A DNA stretch of 63,589 nucleotides, counting the filler. It is 7 parts of 7 records of this genome, joined end to end, with 100 filler letters (N's around TTAATTAATTAA, not from the genome) between each part and the next. Parts side by side here need not be neighbours in the genome. Positions count along the whole stretch, not along the records: positions 42,850 to 49,978 come from SRR31156797_17461; positions 50,079 to 58,407 come from SRR31156797_17478; 5 more parts are not named here. One strand, written 5' to 3'. This document shows, in pieces, positions 45,055 to 55,422 of the stretch; positions within the stretch are counted from its first letter, which is position 1, and every line of letters begins with the position of its first letter. Below the pieces are notes generated by a model. It made no database searches. It had not been told where the DNA came from and saw nothing but the letters and a program-made list of their open reading frames with translations. The translations under genes were made by a program, and so were the position numbers.

Positions 45055-46710
45055 ATGCTTACCCGATTATCCATTTCCAATTATGCCTTAATTCACGAAT
45101 TGTCGGTGGAATTTAATTCCGGACTTAACATGGTAACCGGCGAAACAGGGGCTGGGAAATCCATAATTCTTGGTGCTTTAGGATTAATTTTGGGTAATCG
45201 TGCTGAATTGGCTGCTCTCAAAAATAAAGAACAAAAATGTATAGTTGAAGGTATTTTTGGTGTAAGCAATTATAAAATTCAGTCGTTTTTTGAAGATAAT
45301 GATTTGGATTATGATGAAAATACAATTCTTCGAAGGGAAATTACACCTGCAGGGAAATCGCGTGCTTTTGTAAACGATACTCCGGTAACCTTAAAGATTT
45401 TGAGAGAATTAGGTTTGCAACTTATTGATATTCATTCGCAACATCAAAATCTGGAATTAGGAAATCAAAAATTTCAACTCGATTTAGTCGATACCGTTTC
45501 AGGTTCGGGAAATCTTTTGCTTCTTTATAAAAAGCAATTTCAGGTTTGTTCTGTGATTCAAAAGAAGTTAACTGATTTAAAGGAAAAATCGGAAAAGGCA
45601 AAAACCGATCTCGATTATTTCCAATTTCAGTTTAGTCAACTGGAAGAAGCCAATTTGAAAGAAGGGGAGCAGGAAAAATTAGAAACCGATCTTGAAAAAT
45701 TAACCCACGCTGAAGAAATAAAAAGTGTGTTTTCTGAAGTTTTACAACTGATTGATGATGAGCAATTATCGGTATTGCAGAATTTAAAGGAAAGTCATCG
45801 GGCACTGGAAAAAATTAACAATTATATTGCTGAGGCACCGGAGTTATCTGAGAGGTTACAAAGTACGCTTTTCGAGATTAAAGATATTTGGGATGAGGTA
45901 AATTCATTGGCAGAGAAAACTGAATACGATCCCGGAAAAATTGAACAAATAAACGAACGATTATCGGTAATTTACAGCCTTCAACAAAAACATAACGTCG
46001 ATTCGGTAAATGATTTGATTGAACTTAGAAATTCTTACGACGAAAAAATTAATCGTGTTGTAGGTTTTGATGAGGAAATAATTGTAGCTGAAAAAGAATT
46101 AAAACAAGCGGTAAATGAGCTGGAAAAAAATGCTGAGCTACTAACAAAAAATCGCATGAAATCTTTTCCTGAAATTGAACAAAAAGTGGTTAAAGATTTA
46201 CAACAACTTGGAATGATTAAGGTAAAACTTGAAGTTCGGCATTCAAATTTATCCGATTTTTCTACTTCAGGAAAGGATGACATTTCATTTCTTTTTAGTG
46301 CAAATTCGGATACCGAACCAGCTGAGATTTCAAAAATTGCATCAGGAGGAGAAATGTCGCGATTAATGCTGGCAATTAAAAACTTATTGCGAAATTCTAA
46401 AGCACTTCCTACTTTAATTTTCGATGAAATAGACACCGGTGTTTCTGGCGAGGTTGCAGCCAAAATGGGAAATATCCTGAAACAATTTTCTCAATCAACT
46501 CAAATAATAAACATTACTCACTTACCGCAAATTGCTGCAAAAGGAGATTTTCATTTTAAAGTTTACAAATACGAAAAAGCCGGGAAATCATTTACTTCAA
46601 TTAAACAGTTAAATGATAATGAAAGGGTAGAGGAACTGGCAAAAATGGTAAGTGGCGAAGATATTACAGATTCAACTTTAAAAACAGCGCAGGAGTTGCT
46701 TAACAATTAA
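45055..46710 (+). CDS. recN: DNA repair protein RecN
   Basis: TGETGAGKS, IDIHSQHQ, coiled coil, ASGGEMSR.ML, IFDEIDTGVSG, ITHLPQIAA. Confidence 0.97.
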   Translation: MLTRLSISNYALIHELSVEFNSGLNMVTGETGAGKSIILGALGLILGNRAELAALKNKEQKCIVEGIFGVSNYKIQSFFEDNDLDYDENTILRREITPAGKSRAFVNDTPVTLKILRELGLQLIDIHSQHQNLELGNQKFQLDLVDTVSGSGNLLLLYKKQFQVCSVIQKKLTDLKEKSEKAKTDLDYFQFQFSQLEEANLKEGEQEKLETDLEKLTHAEEIKSVFSEVLQLIDDEQLSVLQNLKESHRALEKINNYIAEAPELSERLQSTLFEIKDIWDEVNSLAEKTEYDPGKIEQINERLSVIYSLQQKHNVDSVNDLIELRNSYDEKINRVVGFDEEIIVAEKELKQAVNELEKNAELLTKNRMKSFPEIEQKVVKDLQQLGMIKVKLEVRHSNLSDFSTSGKDDISFLFSANSDTEPAEISKIASGGEMSRLMLAIKNLLRNSKALPTLIFDEIDTGVSGEVAAKMGNILKQFSQSTQIINITHLPQIAAKGDFHFKVYKYEKAGKSFTSIKQLNDNERVEELAKMVSGEDITDSTLKTAQELLNN

Positions 46711-46787
46711 TTATAACCCTTGATTTGTATTTTTTAATATATTTACAATTCTAAAAATTATTATAATCAACTCTAATTTAACTCGTT

Positions 46788-48170
46788 ATGGAACAAAAGT
46801 TCAAAACCCAATCCGTTTTTTTTCTTTTTTTATTTGTTATGTTAATCATTTCTTCATGTACCACAAATAATTGGCCGCAATTTAGAGGAGCCGATTTTAA
46901 CATGGTTGTGAATAACGAAAAGTTACCAACCGAATGGAATGATGGTTCTAACATTAAATGGACCCATGAAATTGAAGGTGAAAGTTGGTCATCTCCAATT
47001 GTGCATGGCGAAAAAGTATTTTATTCAACGGCAGTGCTGGTAAAAAAAGCTCCGGTAAAAATTCAGGAAGAACAGCCACTTACAACTGAAAATGCAGAAA
47101 GTGGAGATACTCCACCTCCGCCACCTCCGGCCGAAGACAAAAGTTTTCTTGAAGATGTTTATCGTTGGGAATTAACCTGTGTCGATTTAACCTCTGGAAA
47201 CGAGCTTTGGAAAAAAGTCTCTTTTGAAGGGAATCCAAGAATTAAAAAACATGTTGGTAGCACCTATGCATGCGAAACTCCCGTTACCGATGGCGAAAAA
47301 GTTTATGTGTATTTTGGAATGGTAGGTGTTTATTGTTACGATTTAAATGGCAATTTAATTTGGGAAAAAGATTTAGGCGATTATGAAACCCTTAATGGAT
47401 GGGGAACAGGCTCTTCACCCGTTTTACACAATAATGTTTTATTTGTTCAGGTTGATAATGAAGAAAGCTCTTTTATAGTAGCTCTTGATGCGGCGACAGG
47501 TGAAGAAAAATGGAAAAACAACCGCGATGAAAAAACAACGTACAGCACACCTGTAATTTGGGAGAACAATGTAAGAACCGAATTAGTTACACTTGGAACA
47601 ACTGCACGTTCATATAATCCTGAATCGGGCGAGTTATTATGGGAAACAAAAGTAGATTCCGGAATGTCAATTCCTTCTCCGGTTTTTGATGCCGATTTTA
47701 TTTATTTTGGAAATGCTGGAGGCCCGGCCGGAATAGGAAGTTTATTTGCTGTAAAAGCAGGAGCAAATGGAGATATAACGCCTACATCAGGAGAAACTAC
47801 AAGCAGTGGTGTTGTTTGGTCGATAAAAGAAGCAGGAACTGCTAATCCTTCGCCGGTATTACATAATGGATTAATTTATTTGCTGGCAAGTCGCGGTGGT
47901 GAGATTATTTGTATTGATGCAGCAAGCGGAGAACTGGTTTATAAAGAAAAGGCTGATAATGTTGGTGCTTGCTGGTCTACGCCATGGGTGAATAACGATA
48001 AAATTTATTTTTATGATGAAAAAGGAGTAACTCAGGTTATAAAAGCCGGTAGAGAATTCGAAGTCATTTCACAAAATACACTGGATGATAAATTTTGGGC
48101 TTCAGTTGCAGTAACAAAAGATGCATATATTTTTAAGGGAGTTGAAAAATTATATTGTATTGGAAATTAA
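46788..48170 (+). CDS. PQQ-binding-like beta-propeller lipoprotein
   Basis: Lipobox ISSC, NWPQFRG, repeated SSP/TPV and D..TG...W blades. Confidence 0.85.
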   Translation: MEQKFKTQSVFFLFLFVMLIISSCTTNNWPQFRGADFNMVVNNEKLPTEWNDGSNIKWTHEIEGESWSSPIVHGEKVFYSTAVLVKKAPVKIQEEQPLTTENAESGDTPPPPPPAEDKSFLEDVYRWELTCVDLTSGNELWKKVSFEGNPRIKKHVGSTYACETPVTDGEKVYVYFGMVGVYCYDLNGNLIWEKDLGDYETLNGWGTGSSPVLHNNVLFVQVDNEESSFIVALDAATGEEKWKNNRDEKTTYSTPVIWENNVRTELVTLGTTARSYNPESGELLWETKVDSGMSIPSPVFDADFIYFGNAGGPAGIGSLFAVKAGANGDITPTSGETTSSGVVWSIKEAGTANPSPVLHNGLIYLLASRGGEIICIDAASGELVYKEKADNVGACWSTPWVNNDKIYFYDEKGVTQVIKAGREFEVISQNTLDDKFWASVAVTKDAYIFKGVEKLYCIGN

Positions 48171-48192
48171 TATAAAAACATTTACTTCCAAT

Positions 48193-48228
48193 AAAAAAGG
48201 GGAGCCTGATTATTCAGGCTCCCCTTTT
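48193..48228. terminator. Bidirectional Rho-independent terminator
   Basis: AAAAAAGGGGAGCCTGA-ttat-TCAGGCTCCCCTTTT between convergent genes. Confidence 0.9.
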
Positions 48229-48358
48229 CCTTTTTTAATATTTAACATATTTTAACTAGGGAAAAACAACTATTAGGAGTCTATATAATAGACGATAATT
48301 TTGTTGAAAATTATTAGTTTAGTTAGAAATGAAAAGGTAGCTTAATTGGCTGCCTTTT

Positions 48359-49825
48359 TTATATATCCAATTGAACCGAAGATTCAGTTTTTAAACGTAC
48401 CCCTGTTGTCCCTCCTTCCGATAAAGAAATATCTACCGGAGTATTTGTTTTCCACTCCCCGTTTGTAAAATCGGGAACGTCGATGGAATTTGAACGATTT
48501 GCAACCGACCATTCGCTTAGTGGAGCAATTACACTCCAAAGGGCAGCATCATAAACATCCTGGTCGAGTGGAATACCATTTCGTAAACAATCAATTAAAC
48601 GCCAGTCCATCATAAAATCCATTCCCCCGTGACCACCAACTTTTTTAGCCATTTCGCCAACTAATTTAACTATCTCAGGAGTATATTGTTCTTCCAGAAC
48701 TTTCATTTTATCTTCATCAAACCAGCTGTGCCCTTTGGCAATTCTTTCGGGCGAAGGATACTTTCGTGCAACACCTTCAGTTCCACTAACAAGGTGAATT
48801 CTGGAATATGGACGGGAACTGGTTACATCGTGCTGAATCATAATGGTTTTGCCTTTGTTGGTTTTAACCGTTGTGGTATTCATGTTTCCCCTAAAATTGT
48901 GCGTATTAAATTCGCTATAAAATTCATCATTTGCAGCTAGTTCTTCTGCTCTTTTTCCCATTTGAAAATCAAGGCTCGACATTGAAGTGAGGTATTCCAT
49001 TTTATCTCCCCGGTTAATATTTAATACCTGACATACCGGTCCTAAACCATGCGTTGGATAAAGATTACCATTTCTACTCATATTTTCATGCAAACGCCAC
49101 ATGTCGGCATACGAGTCTTTATCGAAATTCATTTCAAATAAATTATGAATATATGCACCTTCTACATGCACAATTTCTCCAAAAAATCCCTGGCATGCCA
49201 TATTTAAAGTAAGTAATTCAAAAAAATCGTAACAACAATTTTCGAGCATCATACAATGCTTTTTTGTGCGTTCAGAAGTTTCTACCAGTTGCCAGGCTTC
49301 TTCTACTGTAACCGATGCCGGAACCTCTGTCGCAGCATGTTTCCCGTTTTCCATAGCGTAAACAGCCATTGGAGTATGCAAACTCCAGGGTGTGCATATA
49401 TAAATTAAATCGATGTCAGGATTTTCGCACATCTTTTTCCAGGCATCTTCAGAATCACTATATTCTTTTGCCGAAGGTAAATTATGTTTTTCCAGAATTA
49501 CTTGAGCTTTTGTAACCCGATCGCTCGTTTTATCACACAACCCAACAATTTCCACTCCTTCAATATTTGCCATTCTTTCTACTGCTCCCGGGCCACGATT
49601 GCCAAGCCCGATAAATCCAATTCGTACTGTTTTAATTTTTGGGGCGGCATAACCACTCATATTAAACTGTTGAGGATGGGAAAGTTCAACAGCAGTTTTT
49701 ATCTCCGGTAACACCGATTCAGACACAGTATTTTCAGACTGTTTGCAAGAGGATAATCCTCCGGAAAGCACACCAGCACCAGCTACACCTGCAATCTGAA
49801 AAAATTTTCTTCTGTTGGTTTTCAT
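48359..49825 (-). CDS. Gfo/Idh/MocA NAD-dependent protein, GH109 alpha-N-acetylgalactosaminidase-like, Tat lipoprotein
   Basis: NRRKFF Tat motif, IGLGNRG, TPW..H, MMLENCCY, NLYPTHGLGP, GGHGGMD. Confidence 0.9.
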   Translation of the reverse strand: MKTNRRKFFQIAGVAGAGVLSGGLSSCKQSENTVSESVLPEIKTAVELSHPQQFNMSGYAAPKIKTVRIGFIGLGNRGPGAVERMANIEGVEIVGLCDKTSDRVTKAQVILEKHNLPSAKEYSDSEDAWKKMCENPDIDLIYICTPWSLHTPMAVYAMENGKHAATEVPASVTVEEAWQLVETSERTKKHCMMLENCCYDFFELLTLNMACQGFFGEIVHVEGAYIHNLFEMNFDKDSYADMWRLHENMSRNGNLYPTHGLGPVCQVLNINRGDKMEYLTSMSSLDFQMGKRAEELAANDEFYSEFNTHNFRGNMNTTTVKTNKGKTIMIQHDVTSSRPYSRIHLVSGTEGVARKYPSPERIAKGHSWFDEDKMKVLEEQYTPEIVKLVGEMAKKVGGHGGMDFMMDWRLIDCLRNGIPLDQDVYDAALWSVIAPLSEWSVANRSNSIDVPDFTNGEWKTNTPVDISLSEGGTTGVRLKTESSVQLDI

Positions 49826-49978
49826 TGTAAATTAGATTTAGTTTTGAATTTATTTTAAAAGTCAATCAAATGAATTTAAAATAATCAACAAATAAAAATA
49901 AACAGGTCATTTTTTATCGATTTTTTAAGATACTGTTTCTCCTCAATAATTTTTTCTATATTAGTTCAACTAAATCAG

Positions 49979-50078
49979 NNNNNNNNNNNNNNNNNNNNNN
50001 NNNNNNNNNNNNNNNNNNNNNNTTAATTAATTAANNNNNNNNNNNNNNNNNNNNNNNNNNNNNNNNNNNNNNNNNNNN
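49979..50078. other. Artificial contig linker
   Basis: Same spacer. Confidence 0.99.
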
Positions 50079-51071
50079 ATCTGTATCATAATAATCAGGT
50101 GCACCTAACACGTGTCCAAATTCATGACAAATAACCCCTATTCCAGTCATTGTAGAACCAGAATTACCACTCAACTCGGCAGAACAAGAATATCTACTTA
50201 TGCTCACACCATCTTTTGTTACCGGAGTAATTGCCCAGGCATGTGCCCAAATAGCATCAGCAGAAGCGCCCGCCTCCTCACCATAACCTGCATAGATTAT
50301 ATAGAGTCCGTCAACATCCCCACTATTATCATTATCATAATCAGAAAAATCAACATCTGGATCTGCCAAGTTAACAGCTTCAGTCACAAGCGTACGAACC
50401 CTATAATCATCTGAAGGTGAATTTGTTCCGTAATAAGCCATTGTATTACTTGCTGTGTAAGGGCCAGCAACATCAACAGTTAAATTAAATTGGTCATATG
50501 AGTTTTCAAGGTAATAGTCTTTTACACTTCCAGTTGCACCTCCTGAAGAATATCCTACTTGATTAAACAAATTATTGAATTCAGATTGTGTTTTTGAGAA
50601 ACTTAAATCGCTATAGCCAATCAGAATACAGATCAGTTTTCGATTACCACTGGTAGGAAATGCTTTAGAAGCCTTTGAAGCTTCGTTTTCTTTGATTTGC
50701 CAAATCTGTTTCATCATAGAAACTTGCGATTTGCTATAATGAACTTTTTTCTGAATTCCTGTTAATGTAGATTTGTGATCGGAAGGTCGTTGTGACAGAT
50801 TATATGCCCTTACTCCAGATCTTACCATATCACCTTTTTCGTTTAACATGGCATATTCATAAAATCCATCTTTATTAAGAAGGATTGAATACCCATCCAG
50901 GGTTTCAGCCCACCTAACTTTCTCATCTCCCTTGAGCAAAATCTCAATTGTTGTTCCATCAGGAAGTTGATACTTTACCGGATCCAGTTTTGCAGGTACG
51001 GCATAAATTTCAATAGCTGTGTTCAGTAGGATAATTGTGACTAATAATAATCCTTTTAAAATGTTTCTCAT
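50079..51071 (-). CDS. M6-family (immune inhibitor A-like) metalloprotease, 3'-truncated
   Basis: PDGT...L.GDE propeptide, GSVKDYY.ENSY, IWAH, GVICHEFGHVLGAPDYYD. Likely start MRNILK at 51071. Confidence 0.9.
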
Positions 51072-51176
51072 AGTGATATGTAATTTCCTTAATTCCTCAT
51101 TTTTAGTTGGTTTACAAAAATCCACACCTTTCAATAGTTCATGCAATCTCCCCATATAATCCTATAAATAAAGCAC

Positions 51177-53183
51177 CTACAAATCTTTCTGTACACAAGG
51201 AATGGTTCCGTCGGTTTTATAGTTTTCATTTCCACCACTACCATTAAATGGCACGATTACAAAATAATACGTTTGATTTGCACTCAGGTTACTCCATTGA
51301 TACGTAACCTCAGTCCCATCAACAATTTTCAGGTATTCTGACGTGGTATAAGTTGTACCATCAACCGGAGCTACAAAATTTCCGCAACCAGTTGTATTCA
51401 TCATAATCAAATAATTATCGGGTGCTTCTGCATTCTCCCAGCTCAATGTAACTGATTTAGCCGGTTCAAAATCAGCCACATGATTAGTTGGTTCCGGTTT
51501 TGGCCCTCCAGATCCTTCTGTTCCAAAAACTTTAATCTGATCAATGGCTACTCTATCCTGCCATGTAGATGAACATTTAGAAATACCTTCAATTTTTATC
51601 GTATAATCTCCCTTCGAAGATGTATATGAAGACAAATCTAAAACTAAATTTGTCCAAATATCATCGTCTGCATCTGTTATGGCAATATCACCGCCACCTT
51701 CAGTTGCAATGCCATAGGTCTTAACTCCATTGACATAAATATTTACTTCACCGCCTCTATAATCCTCAAAATAATACCAGAAATCAATGGAGAGATCAGT
51801 AACATCTGTAAATGTGCGCTCTATGCTTGAAGTAAAATAGCTAATTGAAGCTGGATTTCCTGCATCAAAAAGTAATGCATTTGCGGTTGATTCTGCTCCT
51901 CCCCATGTGGTGCTAATTATTGCCTCTGCACTTGGGTCAGCATCATTAGTTACTGTCCACTCACTTAAATCTGTTTCAAAGGTTTCTGTAAACAAAGCTA
52001 TTGGAGCTGCACTAGTGGTTGCATTGGCAGTTGGTACAGTTCCACTTGTTTTAATATCTATATCTGAACCATAGTTGGCAAAAGCCCAGGCTTTAAAATA
52101 ATATGTAGTTTCTGAACTTAATCCTGAGAAAGTATAACTTTCATTTCCATAGGCTACTTTTACCAAAGCTGAGCCATCAGTTAAATCTGAATCTTCTGAA
52201 GGATCTGTGCCATCAACAGGTGCAGCAAAAGAACCTGTAGTATTGGCTTTAATAATATATCCATCCGGTAAATTTGTCCCTGTGGCATCGGTCCATGATA
52301 AAGCTACTGTTGAATAATTAGTAGCCGTAGCAGTGAATGAACTCAAATGATTATCAGGTTCCGGATTTACTGTTCCGCTACCCCAAATTTGGTTTACATA
52401 ACTTGGGTCATCTATAAATGGGTTTCTATTTCCTTGAATACTGTAAACATCATCATTTCTATCAATCTCCTTTTGGGAAACAGGATCATTAGCGTGCCAT
52501 TCCAAAAGCATATTCAAAGCCCAATTCGTAAAAACCTGATCAGAACTTCCATCTAACATATCTGAACCTGGCCATCCCGCAACAACATCCTCATATCGGG
52601 TTGCCATGTAAAAATATGAACGTGCAAAATCTCCTTTAAACTCATCAATGGGTTCAAAAACATCACCTGAATATCCCGGGTAAGAACTTGTTCCTTTTTT
52701 TGATCCATTCAGTGATGTCCAACTTGCAGATCCAATCTCTCCAAAAGGCAAATTACCTCTTTGTCCATTCACATAACCATCAGTCAAATATAAATGGAAT
52801 AAATCTGTGTACATCGGACTGGCATCGTTAAACCAGCTTTTAGGAAAACTATGCTCTCGATTATAACAGCTTCCTTCTCCTGAATAATTTCCACATTGAT
52901 CACTTACAAATGTCCAGTTATATGGGTCTGCTCCAGTTGGATTCTCTGAATACATATCTAATGGACTTCCATCATCTTCATAATAATTATCCACATCAGT
53001 AGTCTGGAAATGTGTCCATAAGGCATCATAGCTCTGAGAACTATGTCCATCGATAATATTATGCAATTGTGTTTTTAATGTATAACCTGTGCCGGTTGCA
53101 GCATCGTAATAGCCTGCTGGAATTTGAGCTTGTGCAAATGAAATAAAAAACGATAATATAAATAATAGTAAAATTCTTCTCAT
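51177..53183 (-). CDS. Secreted endonuclease I-family nuclease with FN3-like and jelly-roll-like accessory domains, no recognisable CTD
   Basis: YNREHSFPKSW, DLFHL, NG.RGN.PF, KGDFAR.YFYM, WH..DPV...E..RN, QGNRNPFID. Confidence 0.9.
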   Translation of the reverse strand: MRRILLLFILSFFISFAQAQIPAGYYDAATGTGYTLKTQLHNIIDGHSSQSYDALWTHFQTTDVDNYYEDDGSPLDMYSENPTGADPYNWTFVSDQCGNYSGEGSCYNREHSFPKSWFNDASPMYTDLFHLYLTDGYVNGQRGNLPFGEIGSASWTSLNGSKKGTSSYPGYSGDVFEPIDEFKGDFARSYFYMATRYEDVVAGWPGSDMLDGSSDQVFTNWALNMLLEWHANDPVSQKEIDRNDDVYSIQGNRNPFIDDPSYVNQIWGSGTVNPEPDNHLSSFTATATNYSTVALSWTDATGTNLPDGYIIKANTTGSFAAPVDGTDPSEDSDLTDGSALVKVAYGNESYTFSGLSSETTYYFKAWAFANYGSDIDIKTSGTVPTANATTSAAPIALFTETFETDLSEWTVTNDADPSAEAIISTTWGGAESTANALLFDAGNPASISYFTSSIERTFTDVTDLSIDFWYYFEDYRGGEVNIYVNGVKTYGIATEGGGDIAITDADDDIWTNLVLDLSSYTSSKGDYTIKIEGISKCSSTWQDRVAIDQIKVFGTEGSGGPKPEPTNHVADFEPAKSVTLSWENAEAPDNYLIMMNTTGCGNFVAPVDGTTYTTSEYLKIVDGTEVTYQWSNLSANQTYYFVIVPFNGSGGNENYKTDGTIPCVQKDL

Positions 53184-53229
53184 ATCTAATGTTTTAATAT
53201 CTTCCTAAAAAATATAGTATTTGACCAGG

Positions 53230-55146
53230 TTACTGAATAATTAACTTTCTGGTTTCTATGATTTTTTCATTGATTATTCGAACAAAGTACACGCCTGAAT
53301 CAAGATGACTAATCGAGAAAGTTCCTTTGTTTTCAATATTTTCTTCAATAACTTTTTTACCCTGTACATCAAATAATTCAATAACAACATTACCATTTGA
53401 TGCAATATTTACGTCTGATGTTGTGGGATTAGGATAAATCTGTGTTTTTATTCCAAAATCGCTTTCAACTCCATTATCATCAATAATGCCGTAAACTTTT
53501 ACTTGGTCAATACCTACTCTGTCTTTCCAGGTACTTGAGCATTTTGATATCCCCTCAATTTTAATGGTATGATCTCCTGTAGATGAAGAATTTGTAGACA
53601 AATCTAAAAACAAGTTTTTCCACATATCGGTATCGCTCTCAGTAATGGCAATATCACCACCACCCTCTGTTGCTATGGAATAAACCTGAAAATCATTTAC
53701 ATAAATTATTATTTCGCCTCCGCGATAATCTTCAAAGTAGTACCAAAACTCAATGGAAAGGTTACTGGAATTACTAAATGTTCTTTCAATACTTGATGTG
53801 AAATAGCTGATATCAGCAGGATTACCTGCATCATAGAGTAATGCATTGGCAGTTGATTCTGCTCCACTCCATTCATTACTAATAACTGCTTCAGCTTCAG
53901 GGTCTGTATCATTAGACACCTCCCATTCACTCAGGTCTGACTCAAAATCATCTGTAAAAATAGGAATAGACTCCGGACCTGTGGTTACATCGGTTCCAGG
54001 TGCCACTCCATCTAATTTAAAATCGATATCAGCATCAAAATTAGAAAACGACCATGCTTTGAAATAATAAGTTGTTACTGCGCTGAGTTCATTAAAAAAA
54101 TAATACTCATTTCCGTATGCCACCTTAATCAAAGCTTCTCCATCTGACAAATCTGAATCCTGTACAGGATCAATTCCGTCAACCGGATCAATAAAATCAC
54201 CTGTTGTATTTGCTTTAATGACATAACCATCAGGCAGATTTATTCCATTTGCGTCCGTCCATGATAACTCTACGTTTGCGCTACTATTAGAAGTAGCTAC
54301 AAATGAAGATAAATGATTATCGGGTTCAGGTTTTACAAAATCTCCACCCCAAATTTGATTCACCCATGATGGATTGTCAATAAATGGGTTTCTATTTCCC
54401 TGTATGCTATAAACAGCATTATTTCTATCAATCTCTTTTTGCGAAACAGGATCATTGGCATGCCATTCAAGCAACATATTTAAAGCCCAGTCTTCATATA
54501 CTTGATCAGAACTACCATCAAGCATTGGGCTACTCCAGGTTGAAACTCTGTCTTCATAACATGTGGCCATATAGAAATAAGAACGAGCAAAATCACCTTT
54601 AAACTCATCGATGGGCTCAAAAACAGTTCCTGTATAACCTGGATATGAGCTAGTTCCTTTTTTACAACCATTTTGAGATGTCCAACTGGCTGTACCAACT
54701 TCTCCAAAAGGTAAATTACTTCTTTGACCATTCACATAACCATCTGTAGGATATAAATGAAACAAATCAGCATACATCGGATATCCATCGTTGAACCAAC
54801 TTTTAGGAAAACTATGTTCGCGATTATAACAATCTCCCTCTGAACTATAATTGCCGCACTGATCACCACTAGTAAAAGTATAATTGTAGGGATCAGTACC
54901 TGAAGGATTCTCAGAATACATGTCTAATACCGTACCATCGTTTTCGTAATAATTATCAGGATCAGTCGATTGAAAATAAGTATGCAGGTTGCCATAACTT
55001 AAAGAAGTCTGGCCAGTTATAATGTTATGTAATTGTGTTTTAAGCGTATAACCCGTTCCGGTTGCATCATCATAATAACCTGGTGGTTGGGCAAATAAAG
55101 TAATACTAAATAATAAACTCAGTGAAAGTGTAACAAATCTCCTCAT
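53230..55146 (-). CDS. Secreted endonuclease I-family nuclease with accessory domains and T9SS CTD
   Basis: Same catalytic motifs. Ends IYPNPT...LFDVQGK...SGVYFVRI...RKLIIQ. Confidence 0.9.
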   Translation of the reverse strand: MRRFVTLSLSLLFSITLFAQPPGYYDDATGTGYTLKTQLHNIITGQTSLSYGNLHTYFQSTDPDNYYENDGTVLDMYSENPSGTDPYNYTFTSGDQCGNYSSEGDCYNREHSFPKSWFNDGYPMYADLFHLYPTDGYVNGQRSNLPFGEVGTASWTSQNGCKKGTSSYPGYTGTVFEPIDEFKGDFARSYFYMATCYEDRVSTWSSPMLDGSSDQVYEDWALNMLLEWHANDPVSQKEIDRNNAVYSIQGNRNPFIDNPSWVNQIWGGDFVKPEPDNHLSSFVATSNSSANVELSWTDANGINLPDGYVIKANTTGDFIDPVDGIDPVQDSDLSDGEALIKVAYGNEYYFFNELSAVTTYYFKAWSFSNFDADIDFKLDGVAPGTDVTTGPESIPIFTDDFESDLSEWEVSNDTDPEAEAVISNEWSGAESTANALLYDAGNPADISYFTSSIERTFSNSSNLSIEFWYYFEDYRGGEIIIYVNDFQVYSIATEGGGDIAITESDTDMWKNLFLDLSTNSSSTGDHTIKIEGISKCSSTWKDRVGIDQVKVYGIIDDNGVESDFGIKTQIYPNPTTSDVNIASNGNVVIELFDVQGKKVIEENIENKGTFSISHLDSGVYFVRIINEKIIETRKLIIQ

Positions 55147-55422
55147 ATCAAGTTGGTTTAAAAAAATGTTGATAAATATACATATTTGAATCCTAGTTGA
55201 TACGAAGAAATTATATCCTTAATGTTAAAGAATTAATATACCGCATGGTTGCGTGTGTTACGAAGCACAATAACCGTTAGTTTATAATGATTTTAAATTA
55301 GAAAACTTTCCAGACGTAAGGATATCACTGAGTTACGCGAATATTTTTCTAAAAATTCACAACTATTTAGAATATAATTCTTAGTTTAAAGAAGGGTTCT
55401 TTTTACCTCGATTTAGAATTGG

